A stretch of 63,196 nt of DNA, the filler included, from Asterionella formosa (Eukaryota), in the NCBI GenBank assembly GCA_002256025.1. It is 18 parts of 18 records of this genome, joined end to end, with 100 filler letters (N's around TTAATTAATTAA, not from the genome) between each part and the next. Parts side by side here need not be neighbours in the genome. Positions count along the whole stretch, not along the records: positions 1 to 1,871 come from NKIB01000968.1; positions 1,972 to 3,842 come from NKIB01000969.1; positions 3,943 to 5,812 come from NKIB01000970.1; positions 5,913 to 35,648 come from NKIB01000971.1; 14 more parts are not named here. One strand, 5' to 3'. A program made the translations under genes and the position numbers. Positions 1 through 12,260 of this stretch are shown here, piece by piece. How positions within the stretch are numbered: position 1 is the first letter of the stretch; each line of letters opens with the position of its first letter. The notes under the pieces were generated by a model. That model made no database searches. It saw only the letters and a program-made list of their open reading frames with translations, and was not told the DNA's origin.

Positions 1-721
1 GCAGTGGCTGCTCAGGTCCAAGCTGCTGAGCAGGAGTTGAAGCAAGGGACTCTTCTCGTTTACCATGCTTAGACACAGCATGATGGTGGGTAGTGGCGTA
101 TGAAAGACTGGAAATCACCATGTTTCAGTTCTTGTTGAAAATTTGTGATTAAAAACCCTCCACGTTGTGATCTCTCTCTTGTTGATTTCTACATGCAAGG
201 TCAAAACATACCGGTATTCAATATACCTGCAGTGATGAAAGGGCTTTTTTATACCGGAATACATGACGAGCAATCTTGTCAGTTATAAAGGATCTTGTAT
301 GAAAACGTTTCATGACTGATGGTGACATTTCGAGAAATAAACAGCTATTATTTTATACTTTTTATCCAGTGTACACCGGTATCAGTACAACATGTACATT
401 TTTATGTTCAGATCAACAAATATGTGTCATTTATACGACCCGGCGTCTCGGAAAATATTTGAAAGTGCATTGTATGTAAGAGAGATTTACTGTTACTCGT
501 ACACTACCGGTACCTATTACCAATAATAATCAGGTACGGTACCTGGGAGTTCCGGGAAAGTCCGAATATTGCGAATATTTGTCCGAAGATGCAGACCGGG
601 TACGGAATATACAGGTAATCAAAAAATATAAAATAAATACAGTATACCGGTATAGGAGTATACCCGAAGTTAATTTTGTTTTATGTTATTGTGTACCAGT
701 ACATGTATAATGCCTTGTATC

Positions 722-741
722 GGTACCTGGTACCAGGTACC
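722..741. repeat. (GGTACCW)n palindromic heptamer array, one of many dispersed copies
   Basis: GGTACCTGGTACCAGGTACC. Similar arrays at about 22817, 23132, 26833, 34995, 40868, 53263, 54611, 61614, 61823 and 61899. TACCGGTA is also very frequent. Confidence 0.9.
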
Positions 742-1054
742 TTTAACTAAGTGGATACATACGTAGTGCGGAGGGTTTCAACATGAATATGGAAACAGGT
801 TCCTGGTACCAGTAGGTCTATGGTGGTGCAATGTGGTGCAGCGGCGACATGACGTCACGAAGTCATTTTGAAATATTATTGTTGCGCATGTGCACCTTTT
901 CAATATTCATCTCCAACGTTGCAATTTGCACATCACCACACAGAAATGCAAATAAACAGCAAACTCACCAAATGCGATGATTGAAAGCGGTCACTGGTTC
1001 TTGCTATCGCTAACATGCAATTTCTTTTGTTTTACTAACCAATTTACTCTACAA

Positions 1055-1871
1055 TCAACCTTTGCTACATCCGCAACCTTTGGAGAATTTTGAGTGGAGG
1101 AACTGGGGATGGAGACTGTGGAAAGTGTCTTTGTTGCTGTCGCAATGATTCAGGAAGCATGCGATGATCGGCTTGATGAATTTTACATCAAAGAGTCGCA
1201 TCCTTTCAGTGACATCTGAGTGGAGGAGACGCTCCATTTTTCTTGCAAGATTCAAGATCAACTCAAGCTTCTCATGAGAATTTTTCGTTTTTGCAACCTC
1301 AAAAATCTCGTCAAATTCTATGGACCCACTTTTCCGGTTTTTCTTTGGTGCTGTGGGGATGGTAGCAGCATCCGTTATTCCAATTGCATAAACTGTGTTA
1401 GTAGAACCATTTTCCTTTGTTGAATCTTGATAACTTGTAGTAGCAGCAATAGCATTAGAATACATCCGATTTTCTTCATTCTTCATAACTCGTGCATGTA
1501 CCACAATGTTGATCAGGCTGCGTAATTTTTCTGCACGAGGGGTAGCTAGCTCGTTCAAAAATAACTCGAGCTGTTCATTGGCATTCTGCGGCCGTACGTA
1601 GCTCAAAGCAAGGGTACAGATGCGCGCAGGACTGAAGGAGCTTGGGTGTGACCTTGGGACATTCAATCGATCATGTACATACCTTGTAGAAAGCTCCGAA
1701 ATTTCGCACTGAAAAACCACCGATGGTAGGTTTAATACTAGTGTAGCTGTAGTCACCTTGACAAATATAGACTTGAATGTACGCACTTTGTTTAAATGAT
1801 TGTTGTGTATGTGGGCAATTGCTAGCTGGGCATCTGCATCCTCAACATATAACATTGCAGTCTTGAGTGAC
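1055..1871 (-). CDS. Hypothetical protein, 5'-truncated, possibly TE-derived
   Basis: 266-aa ORF reaching near the contig edge, with a Cys-rich C-terminus. No family recognised. Confidence 0.4.
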
Positions 1872-1971
1872 NNNNNNNNNNNNNNNNNNNNNNNNNNNNN
1901 NNNNNNNNNNNNNNNTTAATTAATTAANNNNNNNNNNNNNNNNNNNNNNNNNNNNNNNNNNNNNNNNNNNN
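1872..1971. other. Artificial contig spacer (N44-TTAATTAATTAA-N44), first of 17
   Basis: The same 100-bp spacer with all-frame stops also starts at 3843, 5813, 35649, 37619, 39588, 41557, 43526, 45494, 47462, 49430, 51398, 53366, 55336, 57302, 59267 and 61232. The short contigs are all 1865-1871 bp. Confidence 0.98.
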
Positions 1972-2049
1972 ATCTGAATACATCACGTTAAATATTTGAT
2001 CAAAGTATCATGCATGCATTCCTGATCATCACTATATTATGTGATCACG

Positions 2050-2190
2050 TTCACATAATTATTTGAAATACTTCACATAATTATTTGAAATACTTCACAT
2101 AATTATTTGAAATACTTCACATAATTATTTGAAATACTTCACATAATTATTTGAAAATACTTCACATAATTATTTGAAATACTTCACGTA
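2050..2190. repeat. 22-bp tandem repeat TTCACATAATTATTTGAAATAC, about 6 copies
   Basis: Directly visible, with degenerate copies continuing to about 2260. Confidence 0.95.
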
Positions 2191-2330
2191 ATTCTGTAAT
2201 TTCGTTCACATAATTCTAGAATAAAGTTCACTTAATATGTAACATTTGTTTACGTAATTTTCTGGAGTTCATTCAACTAAATTTAAGAGTTTCATTAATG
2301 AAATAAAGCCTGCTCATTCGGAACGGCATG

Positions 2331-2788
2331 CGAATGCTCCTGCACTGAAAGGGTTTGCTGCAATGTCAATTGAATGTAGAGGAAGATCAGTGTGAGATAT
2401 CAGTAGCGTTGCTCATATAGCCGTCAAAATAGCGCAGTAATCTTACCAGAACAACTTCCATTCCGGACCTCATTGTCCCTGCCTGTTGTCAACAACAATG
2501 CGTGAGCTGACAAGCCATACTAGCATTTAGGTACACAACAAGAACACACTCACCATTCAACTGTATTGCAGAGTTCTTTTGGATTTCATCCGAATGCTCC
2601 TGAATTGAAAGGGTTTGCTGCAATGTCAATTGAATGTAGAGGAAGATCAGTGTGAGTTATCAGTAGCGTTGCTCATATAGCCGTCAAAATAGCGCAGTAA
2701 TCTTACCAGAAAAACTTCCATTCCGGACCTCATTGTCCCTGCCTGTTGTCAACAACAATGCGTGAGCTGACAAGCCATACTAGCATTT
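2331..2788. repeat. Direct duplication of about 200 bp, period 260
   Basis: 2331-2528 is nearly identical to 2591-2788 (CGAATGCTCCTG...GCCATACTAGCATTT). Confidence 0.95.
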
Positions 2789-2829
2789 TTCGCCGACTAT
2801 TCCGTTGTTTGATTGGTTTTATGGTCCTA

Positions 2830-3745
2830 TGCAGTTACAGAAACAATGAGAAGGAATGATTTGTTAGCTAGTAGTCATGATAGCTTTGTTCCAACAGAAG
2901 TGAATAGGTCCAACGAGCGACAAGAGCACTTACGCAATTTGGTTTGGTTTTGTTTGAGCTGTTGAATCAACTGAGAAAAAAGGAAATGTGCGTTTAGTTA
3001 ACAATTTGTTGTTGTGCTGCCTGCCTGCCTCCCAACGATTGTCATCCAAGTACCACGCACATTGATGGCTTCATTACCTTAAACATTCTCCATCCTTCGA
3101 ATGCGCAATGTGTCGAAGTCACAATGTTTTTCGTTATGTATTGCGTAAACTTTCTTTGCTGTCATGTGCTTTACTACGACGTATCTTTTCATGAAGCAGC
3201 AGGCATTGATTGTTAACGTGACAGAACGATTTGAAAAATATATTGGCCATGAATATAGTAATAAAATTTGTAAATATATATATATATATAGCGTAATACA
3301 TTTTATAAAATTCAAAGGCGCTCTCGATATGGAACATCTGATATGGTTGAGATGATCATACTCGCATATACATAATTCGAAAATACTCAATGCACTATAT
3401 GTCCATTGTTTTCCACGACTACGTGAACCGTGTAAGTCATAACCGCCAGGGTTATGGTGGCAAATTGTTTAAGCCCCCTTTTTGGGCGGGAGCTCTTCAT
3501 GTGTACCGGTACATCATATGACAATAACAATATATCATATATATATACAGAGTACCAGTAGCAGGTAGTAAGTGATATGCTGGTGGGGGTAGTCGGAGTA
3601 GTAAACTAGCAACAGAACACCATATGTTCAGGACTGTTGCTACTGCAGTGGGACAATAAATCATCATAGTTCTAGGATTGTATGATCGTAAAACTAAAAC
3701 CAATAGTCGGAGTAATAAGCGAGCAACAGAACACCATATGTTCTG
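2830..3745 (+). repeat. Dispersed repeat, paralog of about 9720-10870
   Basis: Long near-identical blocks, e.g. GTTCCAACAGAAGTGAATAGGTCC and AAAGGCGCTCTCGATATGGAAC, in both places. Confidence 0.9.
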
Positions 3746-3942
3746 GCATACCTACCCGGTAGTTATCATGATATTGCTTTTATGAATTTAACTGGCGCGA
3801 TAATTAGCCAGGCTGACGAGTTACTACCGGTACCAGGTAGTANNNNNNNNNNNNNNNNNNNNNNNNNNNNNNNNNNNNNNNNNNNNTTAATTAATTAANN
3901 NNNNNNNNNNNNNNNNNNNNNNNNNNNNNNNNNNNNNNNNNN

Positions 3943-4379
3943 GCGCCCGCTTGATCGGCGCGGCTGGCCCGCTGGATGTTACCTTTCATCGCGCCTTCGA
4001 CATGACCCGCGACCTCGGCGAAGCGCTGGAGGCGATCTACTCGTTGGGCGTGAAGCGGATTCTTACTTCGGGCGGGAAGCCGGATGTCCCGTCGGGTTGG
4101 CAGACCATTTCAGAACTCGTGAAACAATCCGCGGGTCGGGTTTCCCTGATGCCGGGAGGCGGCGTGACCCCGGAGAACCTCGCGGAAATCGTCACCTCGC
4201 CCGGAGTCCATGAAATCCACCTCAGCGCCCGACACCGGGTGAACGGCGGCATGACCTTTCGTAACGAAGGCTGCTTCATGGGAACGTTTTCCAAGGACGA
4301 CGAATACTCGTGGCGCGAGGCGAGCGAGTACCTCATCCGCCAGGCCAAGGCCGCACTTCTTTCCTCCATGACCCCATGA
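3943..4379 (+). CDS. cutC: Copper homeostasis protein CutC, 5'-truncated, bacterial
   Basis: VTFHRAFD, RILTSGG, LMPGGGVT and EIHLSA motifs; high GC; no introns. Confidence 0.93.
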
Positions 4380-5812
4380 GCAAGCCCATCCGTCTGGCCA
4401 TCGCTGGCATCCACATCGAGAGCAGCACCTTTTCCCCGCTGCGCACGTCGAAGGAGGATTTTCTGGCGACCCGCGGTGCGGAAATGCTCGGCCGCTATCC
4501 GTTTCTGGAGCTGCCGGAATTCGCGGCGATCGAACCGCTGCCGCTGGCCCATTTCCGCGCGATCCCCGGTGGTCAGGTGCGGCGCGGCGGCTACGAGTCG
4601 ATGAAGCAGGAGATCCTCGACCGTCTGACCGACGCGGGTCGGATCGATGCATTCTACTTCGACGTTCACGGCGCGATGGCGGTCGAGGAACTGGCCGATG
4701 CCGAAGCGGATCTGCTGGCCGCGCTGCGCAAAAAGCTCGGACCGGACCTGCCGATCACGTGCAGCAGCGATCTGCATGGCAACATCACCGACGCACTGGT
4801 GGCAGGAGTCGATCTCATCACCACCTATCGCACCGCGCCGCATGTCGACTGGATGGAAACCCGCGAGCGTGCGGTGAGATTGCTGCTGCGATGGTTCGGT
4901 GAAGGCGGCACGATTTTCCGCGCCCGGGTGGGGATTCCCGTGCTGGTGTCCGGAGAAATGTCGAGCACCGAGGCCGAACCAGGACGCGGGCTATATGAGC
5001 CACTGGAGAAGGAATCGGAACGGTCGGGCGTGTGGGATGCCTCGTTGTGGGTCGGTTATGCCTGGGCGGATCAGGCCCGCTCGATGGCCAGCGTTGTGGT
5101 GATCGGCGACGACAGGGACGCGGTCTCGACCCTGGCGAATGAAATTGCCCTCCGCTATTGGCAGGCCCGCGAAGAGTTCTGTTTCGGCTCCCCATCCGGT
5201 ACAGCCCGGGATTGCATCGATGAAGCGCTCCAGCTCGGCCACGACGCCGTGTTTCTCAGCGACGCTGGTGACAATCCCACCGCGGGGGCCGCAGGCGATG
5301 TGCCGCATACCTTGCAGGCTCTAATCGAACATCACGCCTTCGACGGCCATGGCCCGGCCACCGCGATCTTCGCCTCGATCCCTGATCCAGCTGCGATCCA
5401 GATCTGTCTAACAGCCGGTGTCGGCGCGAGCGCTTCCCTCCGCCTCGGCGGCAAGCTGGATCCCATCCATGGCAGTGAACTCCCGCTCACGGGTCGCGTT
5501 CTCACGCTTTCGAATCACGATCCCGTGGCTGGCTGGCAGGCGGTCGTGAAAGTCGGCGGCGCCCATGTGATCATCACCGAGCAACGCAAGCCCTTCCACA
5601 AGCGGCAGGACTTCCTCTCGCTTGATCTTGATCCGCTCCTGCACACCGTCACCGTGGTAAAGATCGGCTATCTGGAGCCCGAGCTGAAAGCCATGGCGTG
5701 CCATCATTTCCTCGTCCTTTCGCCCGGCGCGGTGCCGCCTTTGATCTCGTCGGTTCCTTATCAAAACGTCATCCGCCCGCTGTATCCGCTCGATGATGGA
5801 TTCGAGTGGCTG
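4376..5812 (+). CDS. MlrC-family (M81) metallopeptidase, bacterial, 3'-truncated
   Basis: IAGIHIESSTFS, DVHGAM, DLHGN, YRTAPHVD, DAGDNPTAG and VVKIGYL motifs. The ATG at 4376 overlaps the cutC stop (ATGA coupling). Confidence 0.9.
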
Positions 5813-6341
5813 NNNNNNNNNNNNNNNNNNNNNNNNNNNNNNNNNNNNNNNNNNNNTTAATTAATTAANNNNNNNNNNNNNNNNNNNNNNNNNNNNNNNN
5901 NNNNNNNNNNNNTTTGTATCAATGATACAAAATTGATACCATCAAGTTACCGTTGCTGATACCGTGTTTTGATACCAACCGTCACTTTTTGCCCGCAACC
6001 CGGAAATGATACAGCAAATTCGGAATGATAAGAACGACCCTTAGGGGCCGTTCTCATCATTTTTTTCGTGTATTACGGAATTTGAAATTTTTTGAAAATG
6101 TATCAGCAACAGTAACTCGATTTGAACTGAATTTCATTCATTCCAAAAGTGTCCCTTTATCACTAATTTGTGATCACATTGTATCATGGAGTAACATGGA
6201 TCTTCAACGGCAACAGGCTGGCAAAGATCATGTGTATATCCCTCCAGAAGATAATGATGGTCTTGATATCAAGCAGCAACATAAAATATAATTACCGGTA
6301 AACTATATATATAATATTAAAAACACACCATTCCATGAATC

Positions 6342-7663
6342 ATGCCATCGCCATTTGATTTACTCGATAATAACGATGATGAAAGTAGTGATCTTGATTT
6401 CTTCTTCCTCTGTCATCTGGCTAAGGAAGCAGAGGAAAAAGAACACTCATTCAAACGACGAAGGCGACGCTGTAAACGGCAGCTAAATTCATCCGAATGA
6501 CGACGACACGAAGGCACAAGTGGCACCACGAAAGAATCTCCTGGCAATCACATGTCAAGAAACTCAATCACGAAATTGCATTCGAGAAGACCTACAGAAT
6601 GTCACACAGAGCATTCAAAAAACTCACCTCCATGCTGGAAATTCAGATTGCAGGGAATTATTCCAAATATGGCACTTCTGAGCCCATGATTCCCGAAATT
6701 GTGGTAGCCATTGGTTTGCGATGGTTGGCTGGTGGCAGTTACATTGACATTCGTCATGCCTATGGTTGTAGCATTGCTTCACTTTATCGATGTCATGATT
6801 TGTTCATTGATGCTGTACTAAACTGTGAAGAACTCGAAATTATTTTTCCAGAAGAAAAAGAAGAATTTGTCAAATTGGCTTCCAGCTTTGAATGTAAAAG
6901 CTCCTAGGTCATGATGAGAGGATGTGTTGGTGCGCTATTGACAGCTTCCTAGCCACCATCAATCGCCCGACATTAGTTGAAAGTGGCAACAACCCTGGTT
7001 CTTTTTTTCGGTCACTACATGACTTATGGAATCAATTTCCAGGCTGTTTGTGATGCTGACTCAAGATTTATTTATTTTGGTGTGATTACACCGGGAAAAT
7101 GCATTGACCAAGTAGCTTTTGAACGAACTTCAATTTTCGATCAAGTTTCAGCATTCAATACTGGTTTTTATCTGGTCGGCGATGCAGCATACACATTGTC
7201 TGATGTAATTCTTTTTCCCTTTGTTGGCTCACAACGTGATGATCCAACACACGATACATTTGACTTTTTCCTCTCACAGCTGAGGATAAGAATAGAAATG
7301 GCATTTGGTCTTCTTCAGACAAAATGGTGTGTTCTGAAAAAAAACCTATTGACAAGTTTGGAAACATCTGCACGCATTCTTGATTCATGTGCTCGACTTC
7401 ATAGCTATGTGATTAATGAGAAGATAATTGATAATGAGATTATGGAGGATGACAATCAATTAATTACAGAGATAATTCCAGTCAGTAGTTTGTCACCCCT
7501 TGGTTGGGGCTACTTACCACCTGTGGAACCATTGTGTATATTGCCTGGAAGCTCTGTGATGAGAGATGTGATTCTTACTAGATTGCAAACCTTGGGCTTG
7601 CAACGACCTCCTGTGAATATAGAGAGGAGAAGGAAAGAATTACATGACATAAATTTAATGTAG
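6342..7663 (+). pseudogene. Harbinger DDE (DDE_Tnp_4) transposase, disrupted
   Basis: FEKTYRMS..F, LRWLAGGSY, GCVGA.D, QAVCDA..RF, YLVGDAAY and RIRIEMAFGLL motifs; stop at 6905 and frameshifts. Confidence 0.9.
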
Positions 7664-7706
7664 ACAAATGTATAATTTATTCATTAGTTGGATTTAATCT
7701 GATGTT

Positions 7707-9090
7707 TCACCTTCTGAAAGTAGATGAAAATAGTGATCCCGCTTTCTCTACATTAGAATGTTCGGAGTCATACCCATGATTTTCCAACTCTTCCAAATCC
7801 TTCTGAGCATTCTTGAGACGACTTTTATAGAGATCCAGAACATCTAGGATCTTTTTGTCGCATCTTGGTGCTGCTGAAGATTGAAGCACTTGAAGTTTCA
7901 CTGAATTTACTTGTACAAAACACTCTAATGCATTTGCTATTTGTACCATAGAAGAGGAATGATGGGAATGATTGGATGAAGTAGATGAACATTTTCCTTT
8001 CTTCGAGCCAAGAGTCTTCGATGATAAGGATGAAGATTTGGCACTATCAGTTCTTTCACGGAATGATGATTTTGGAAGCAATGCATGGAACAGCAAAATT
8101 GAGAAGGTGAGGAACTTGGCACAACCATGAATGTTAGTAATATATATAAGGTCAGCTTCCAACAAATTTAACAAAGTCATCATGACTTCCTGACTTTTTG
8201 TTGTTCCTGTATGAAATTCGGTAATGATAGTTAATGTACCCCATTGCCATAGAAATTTCGACAGAGGACAGAGCATCATACGTCTTTGGGTAACAACTGT
8301 CTATCCTCATTTGTTCCCAATAAGGATCTTGAGAAAAGGCAAGATTATTGCTGTCATCATCTTCATCATCAAGGAATGTAGTTATGAGTCTATCGAAAAT
8401 GTATTTGTGCCTAAATTTCCTTGTATCCAGTTCAGCCATAGTTGGAGGCTGACCAAGCATCAACACATCAGTTCTGTGTTGCTCACACATGTACACATTG
8501 ATGACACGAAAATATGTGTTAGCACATGTAACACTGCTTGGAGGAGTTGATTTTGCTACTGTAGCCTTTTTCTTTTTTGTTGCCTTCTTTGCAAGAGTAG
8601 GAGGAAGAGGCAATGACTTGTCATCGTCATCGCTGCTATTTTGCGAATTAAGAACATAGTCAGGGTCTTTGTCTGCTTCACCTGGCTTCCCTTTCTGTGA
8701 ACAATCAGAGTCCATATCAACATTGCCATGACTCTTTTCTTCATCTTCAATAATAGATTCATCATTATTGCTGTTGTTGTTGTGGATGCCAATCACTTCA
8801 TTATAAGTGATCATAGTAGAAGGGGGGTATAGTTGACCAACCAGCCAGTCTCTTTTCAGTAAACAGATAATGAAGGGAATAGTGAAGTCCTTCTTGCCAT
8901 TCCTGTACCCTGACACTTTAAATCTCACGCAAATTTTTCGAAGTACCTTGACAGATATATGTTTTATGTCAATTCCTTTTATATGAATCTATCCCAGCCC
9001 ACTTTCATCCAGAACAAAGTCGTCTGGTACTATGAGCGAGTTGACAAACTCGTCAACATTGGCTAGCTAGACAACTGGGAAAGCGTCTGT
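7707..9090 (-). pseudogene. Harbinger accessory ORF2, disrupted
   Basis: Overlapping ORFs 8152-8928 and 7707-8279 (FRVINV...AELD), convergent with the transposase as is typical for Harbinger. Confidence 0.6.
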
Positions 9091-9719
9091 AAATAAAAAG
9101 TATCATGCATATAGGATCAAGGGTATCGTATGCTAAGTGGCACAGGATTTTCGTATATATGATAATTTTTGGATCAAAAATATGATCAAGGTATCTTGTA
9201 ACTATGATGATTTATTAATATTTTACCGACCTTGAAGTATAATGATAATAAGAACATTATCATCACACAATGTATATAAACTGATCAACAACATTTCCCA
9301 TCAATATCATAAACCTTCTCATTTTGTGTTCACTTCGTCTCGTGATCGCCCGATGTAAATTATAACTACAACGTATCCTAAAACCAGCTCAACTCTATGC
9401 TATCATGTGAATTGTTTCATCGTAAATCTATCGTAAACATGATCATAATTCTAATCACAAGCATTGTTCAAAATAGATTGAAATGAATTGTAATTTAACT
9501 ATCAAATTAAGCAATCCTATCTATTAATCTACATGCCAGCAACCCAACGTTTCTCTCTCTACTCGGCTCAATGTATATTGTTCCTGTCTCACCCTTTTCT
9601 TCATCTTTTCTGAATCTTGTGCCAAGCAATGCCTTACTAATGTTGTGTCTCTCTCCCTGCTGTTAGTGTCATTGTGAACTCGCCGGCTATTCCGTTTGAT
9701 CGGATCTATTTTCCTATGC

Positions 9720-12022
9720 ATGCAGTTACAGTAACAATGAGAAGGAATGATTTGTTAGCTAGTCATGCTGTTACATTGACACAAGAACACGCAATTCCAT
9801 CGTATCCTCTTGCTTCACTTGCCATAAATCAATGCAACTGATGTATAAGTCTGTAATAGTAACTTGTCAGTAAATTCTTGAATAATTAAGTTTCGGGTAG
9901 TATCCGATGTTGTCGAATAAAACTTACCGGTTCATTTTTGTCGTCTTAACTTTGAGAGAAGGTAAACGTTTTGTTAGTTTTGTTCCAACAGAAGTGAATA
10001 GGTCCAACGAGCGACAAGAGCACTTACGCAATTTGGTTTTGTTTTACATTGGTGCTCCCCAACAAGCGAAACGAGCTGTTGAATCAACTGAGAAAAAAGG
10101 AAATGTGGCTGCGTTTAGTTAACATTTTGTTGTTGTCCTGCCTCCCAACGATTGTCATCCAAGTACCACATTGATGGCTTCATTACCTTAAACATTCTCC
10201 ATCCTTCGAAGGCGCAATGTGTCGAAGTCACAATGTTTTTGGTTATGTATTGCGTAAACTTTCTTTTCTTGTCATGTGCTTTACTACAACGTATCTTTTC
10301 ATGAAGCAGCAGGCATTGTTTGTTAACATGGCTGACAGAACAATTTCAAAAATATATATGCCATGAATATAGTAATAAAATTTGTAAATATATATATATA
10401 TATATATATATTTATGAAGTGTAATACATTTATAAAATTCAAAGGCGCTCTCGATATGGAACATCTGACATGGTTGAGATGATCATACTCGCATATACAT
10501 AATTCGAAAATACTCAATGCACTATATGTCCATTGTTTTCCACGACTACGTGTACCGGTAGTATTTCAGAAATTTGTTTGCATCGATATTTTCTACGTCC
10601 GTTGAAACTAATTATTTAGACCATTCAATTGGTGTAAGTCATAACGGTACATCATATGACAATAACAATATATCATATATATATACAGAGTACCAGTAAC
10701 AGGTAGTAAGTGATATACTGGGGGTAGTCGGAGTAGTAAACTAGCAACAGAACACCATATGTTCAGGACAGTTGCTACTGCAGTGGGACAGTAAATCATC
10801 ATAGTTTTAGGATCGTATGATCGTAAAATTAAAAACCAATAGAACACCATATGTTCAGGACTGTTGCTACTGCAGTGGGACAGTAAATCATCATATTTTT
10901 AGGATTGTATGATCGTGAAACTGAAAAGCGGTACCGGTAGTCGGAGTAATAAGCAAGCAATAGAACACCATAGTAAGTCATCATAGTTTTAGGATTGTAT
11001 AAATAGAATACCATATGTCTATGACTGCTGCTACTACAGCGGGACAGTACCGGTAAATGAATTTATGATCATCGAACTTTAAGGAAGACAATGACAACAG
11101 TTATCAAGTAGTACAATGTCTTCAAGAAACCATAAAGAGTTTCATGGAAACAAGCGACATGTGGCAAATACTGCCGGTACGGAACAAAGAAGCAAGTTCC
11201 AAAATGAGTTTACAAAGAAAAGGTGAATAGGCGATTATCCAAAGCAACCCAATCGGCGATTGGGAGACATTGGGGGTAATACCCCATCGTCGATGGGGAC
11301 ACCATCAGCTACTAGTACAAAGGATCCCGTAATTGATACTGACAGCGATGATGACGTTTCTACTTCAGTTATTGATACAAGAAAATTGGCTCCTGTTGAT
11401 GATACCATTAATAACTCCCGGATGGAGATGGACAACATGGTACCATATCATAAATTTTCTAATCACACGGACCAACAAGTACATGAAAAACTGAGGGAAA
11501 AACATATTGCACTTGCCGAAGGATTTTATCAATTGGTCAATGAACTCAATCACTACAAAGGTCGTAATTCGGTTCGAAACTCGTCCATACGAGGTTATCA
11601 AGTCTCTTCAATTTCAGCAGCCTTATCAGAACGTCGTTCTCGCTTAGCTAAAATTGAACTGATCCATCAATTATCACAAAGGTTGTGAGTTGCTTTTATT
11701 TTCAAGACCAAGAAGTTTTGCTGTGAACATGTAAGTTTGATGTTATAGTCTGTGAATTGCAGGTACTGTAAAACAGAATATCAATCAAATGTGCTTTTTT
11801 CTGGTCCCAAAAGAGAATCAAACATCCCGCCCTATCTGGTCCAAGTAGTATGAAAGGCATTTCCAATCACAAACAGGATTGGTTTGCCGAATGTTGCCTA
11901 ACTCGGCTATACACAGTGAAACCGGAGTTAGGCAAACAAGTGGAGAGTGATCCAGAGCTTGCCGATTTCATATGGAATGGTTCTGATGCACTACTTTCAA
12001 TGAATCAGACCATTGAACGTAC
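9720..12022 (+). mobile_element. Multi-copy repeat segment with about 90-bp internal repeats (10700-11060) and a degraded intron-containing ORF (about 11260-12020)
   Basis: Paralogous to 2830-3745 and 47562-48052. Candidate intron GTGAGT...TTGCAG at about 11685-11762. Confidence 0.65.
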
Positions 12023-12260
12023 TTTATTTGTTCTTTTTCACTCCCAAAGAACCTAAGATGGTCCTTCTCGTTTCGTCCGAAACTTTCCTTCTCCACTTTT
12101 CAACTGCAGTTCGATATGAGTCTGCAAACTTCTTCAAGTTGATTCCAGAAGGCTATCATCAGATACAAAATTTTCTTTCAACATTTTGTCAATTTTGATG
12201 CATCCAGAAATTTGGCCAAGAGGTGCATGATTATACCATTTGAAGGGAGCGAGTTTGTCA

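Larger units (their letters stand above)
6044..9090 (+). mobile_element. PIF/Harbinger transposon with left TIR and two convergent ORFs; right end missing
   Basis: TTA followed by GGGGCCGTTCTCATCAT; a HARBI1-type transposase on + and a second ORF on -. Confidence 0.85.

Noticed and set aside
1916..1927. TTAATTAATTAA as a biological motif, and ORFs ending in X...LIN
   Set aside because: Assembly linker artefact.
2050..2190. CRISPR-like array
   Set aside because: Head-to-tail repeats with no unique spacers and no cas genes.
4037..5764. Antisense ORFs over cutC/mlrC, and similar shadow ORFs over the PDZ, SBP2 and pol genes
   Set aside because: They are shadows of recognisable genes on the other strand or frame.
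3943..5812. Horizontal transfer of bacterial genes into the alga
   Set aside because: The contig is bounded by artificial spacers and has no physical link to eukaryotic DNA.
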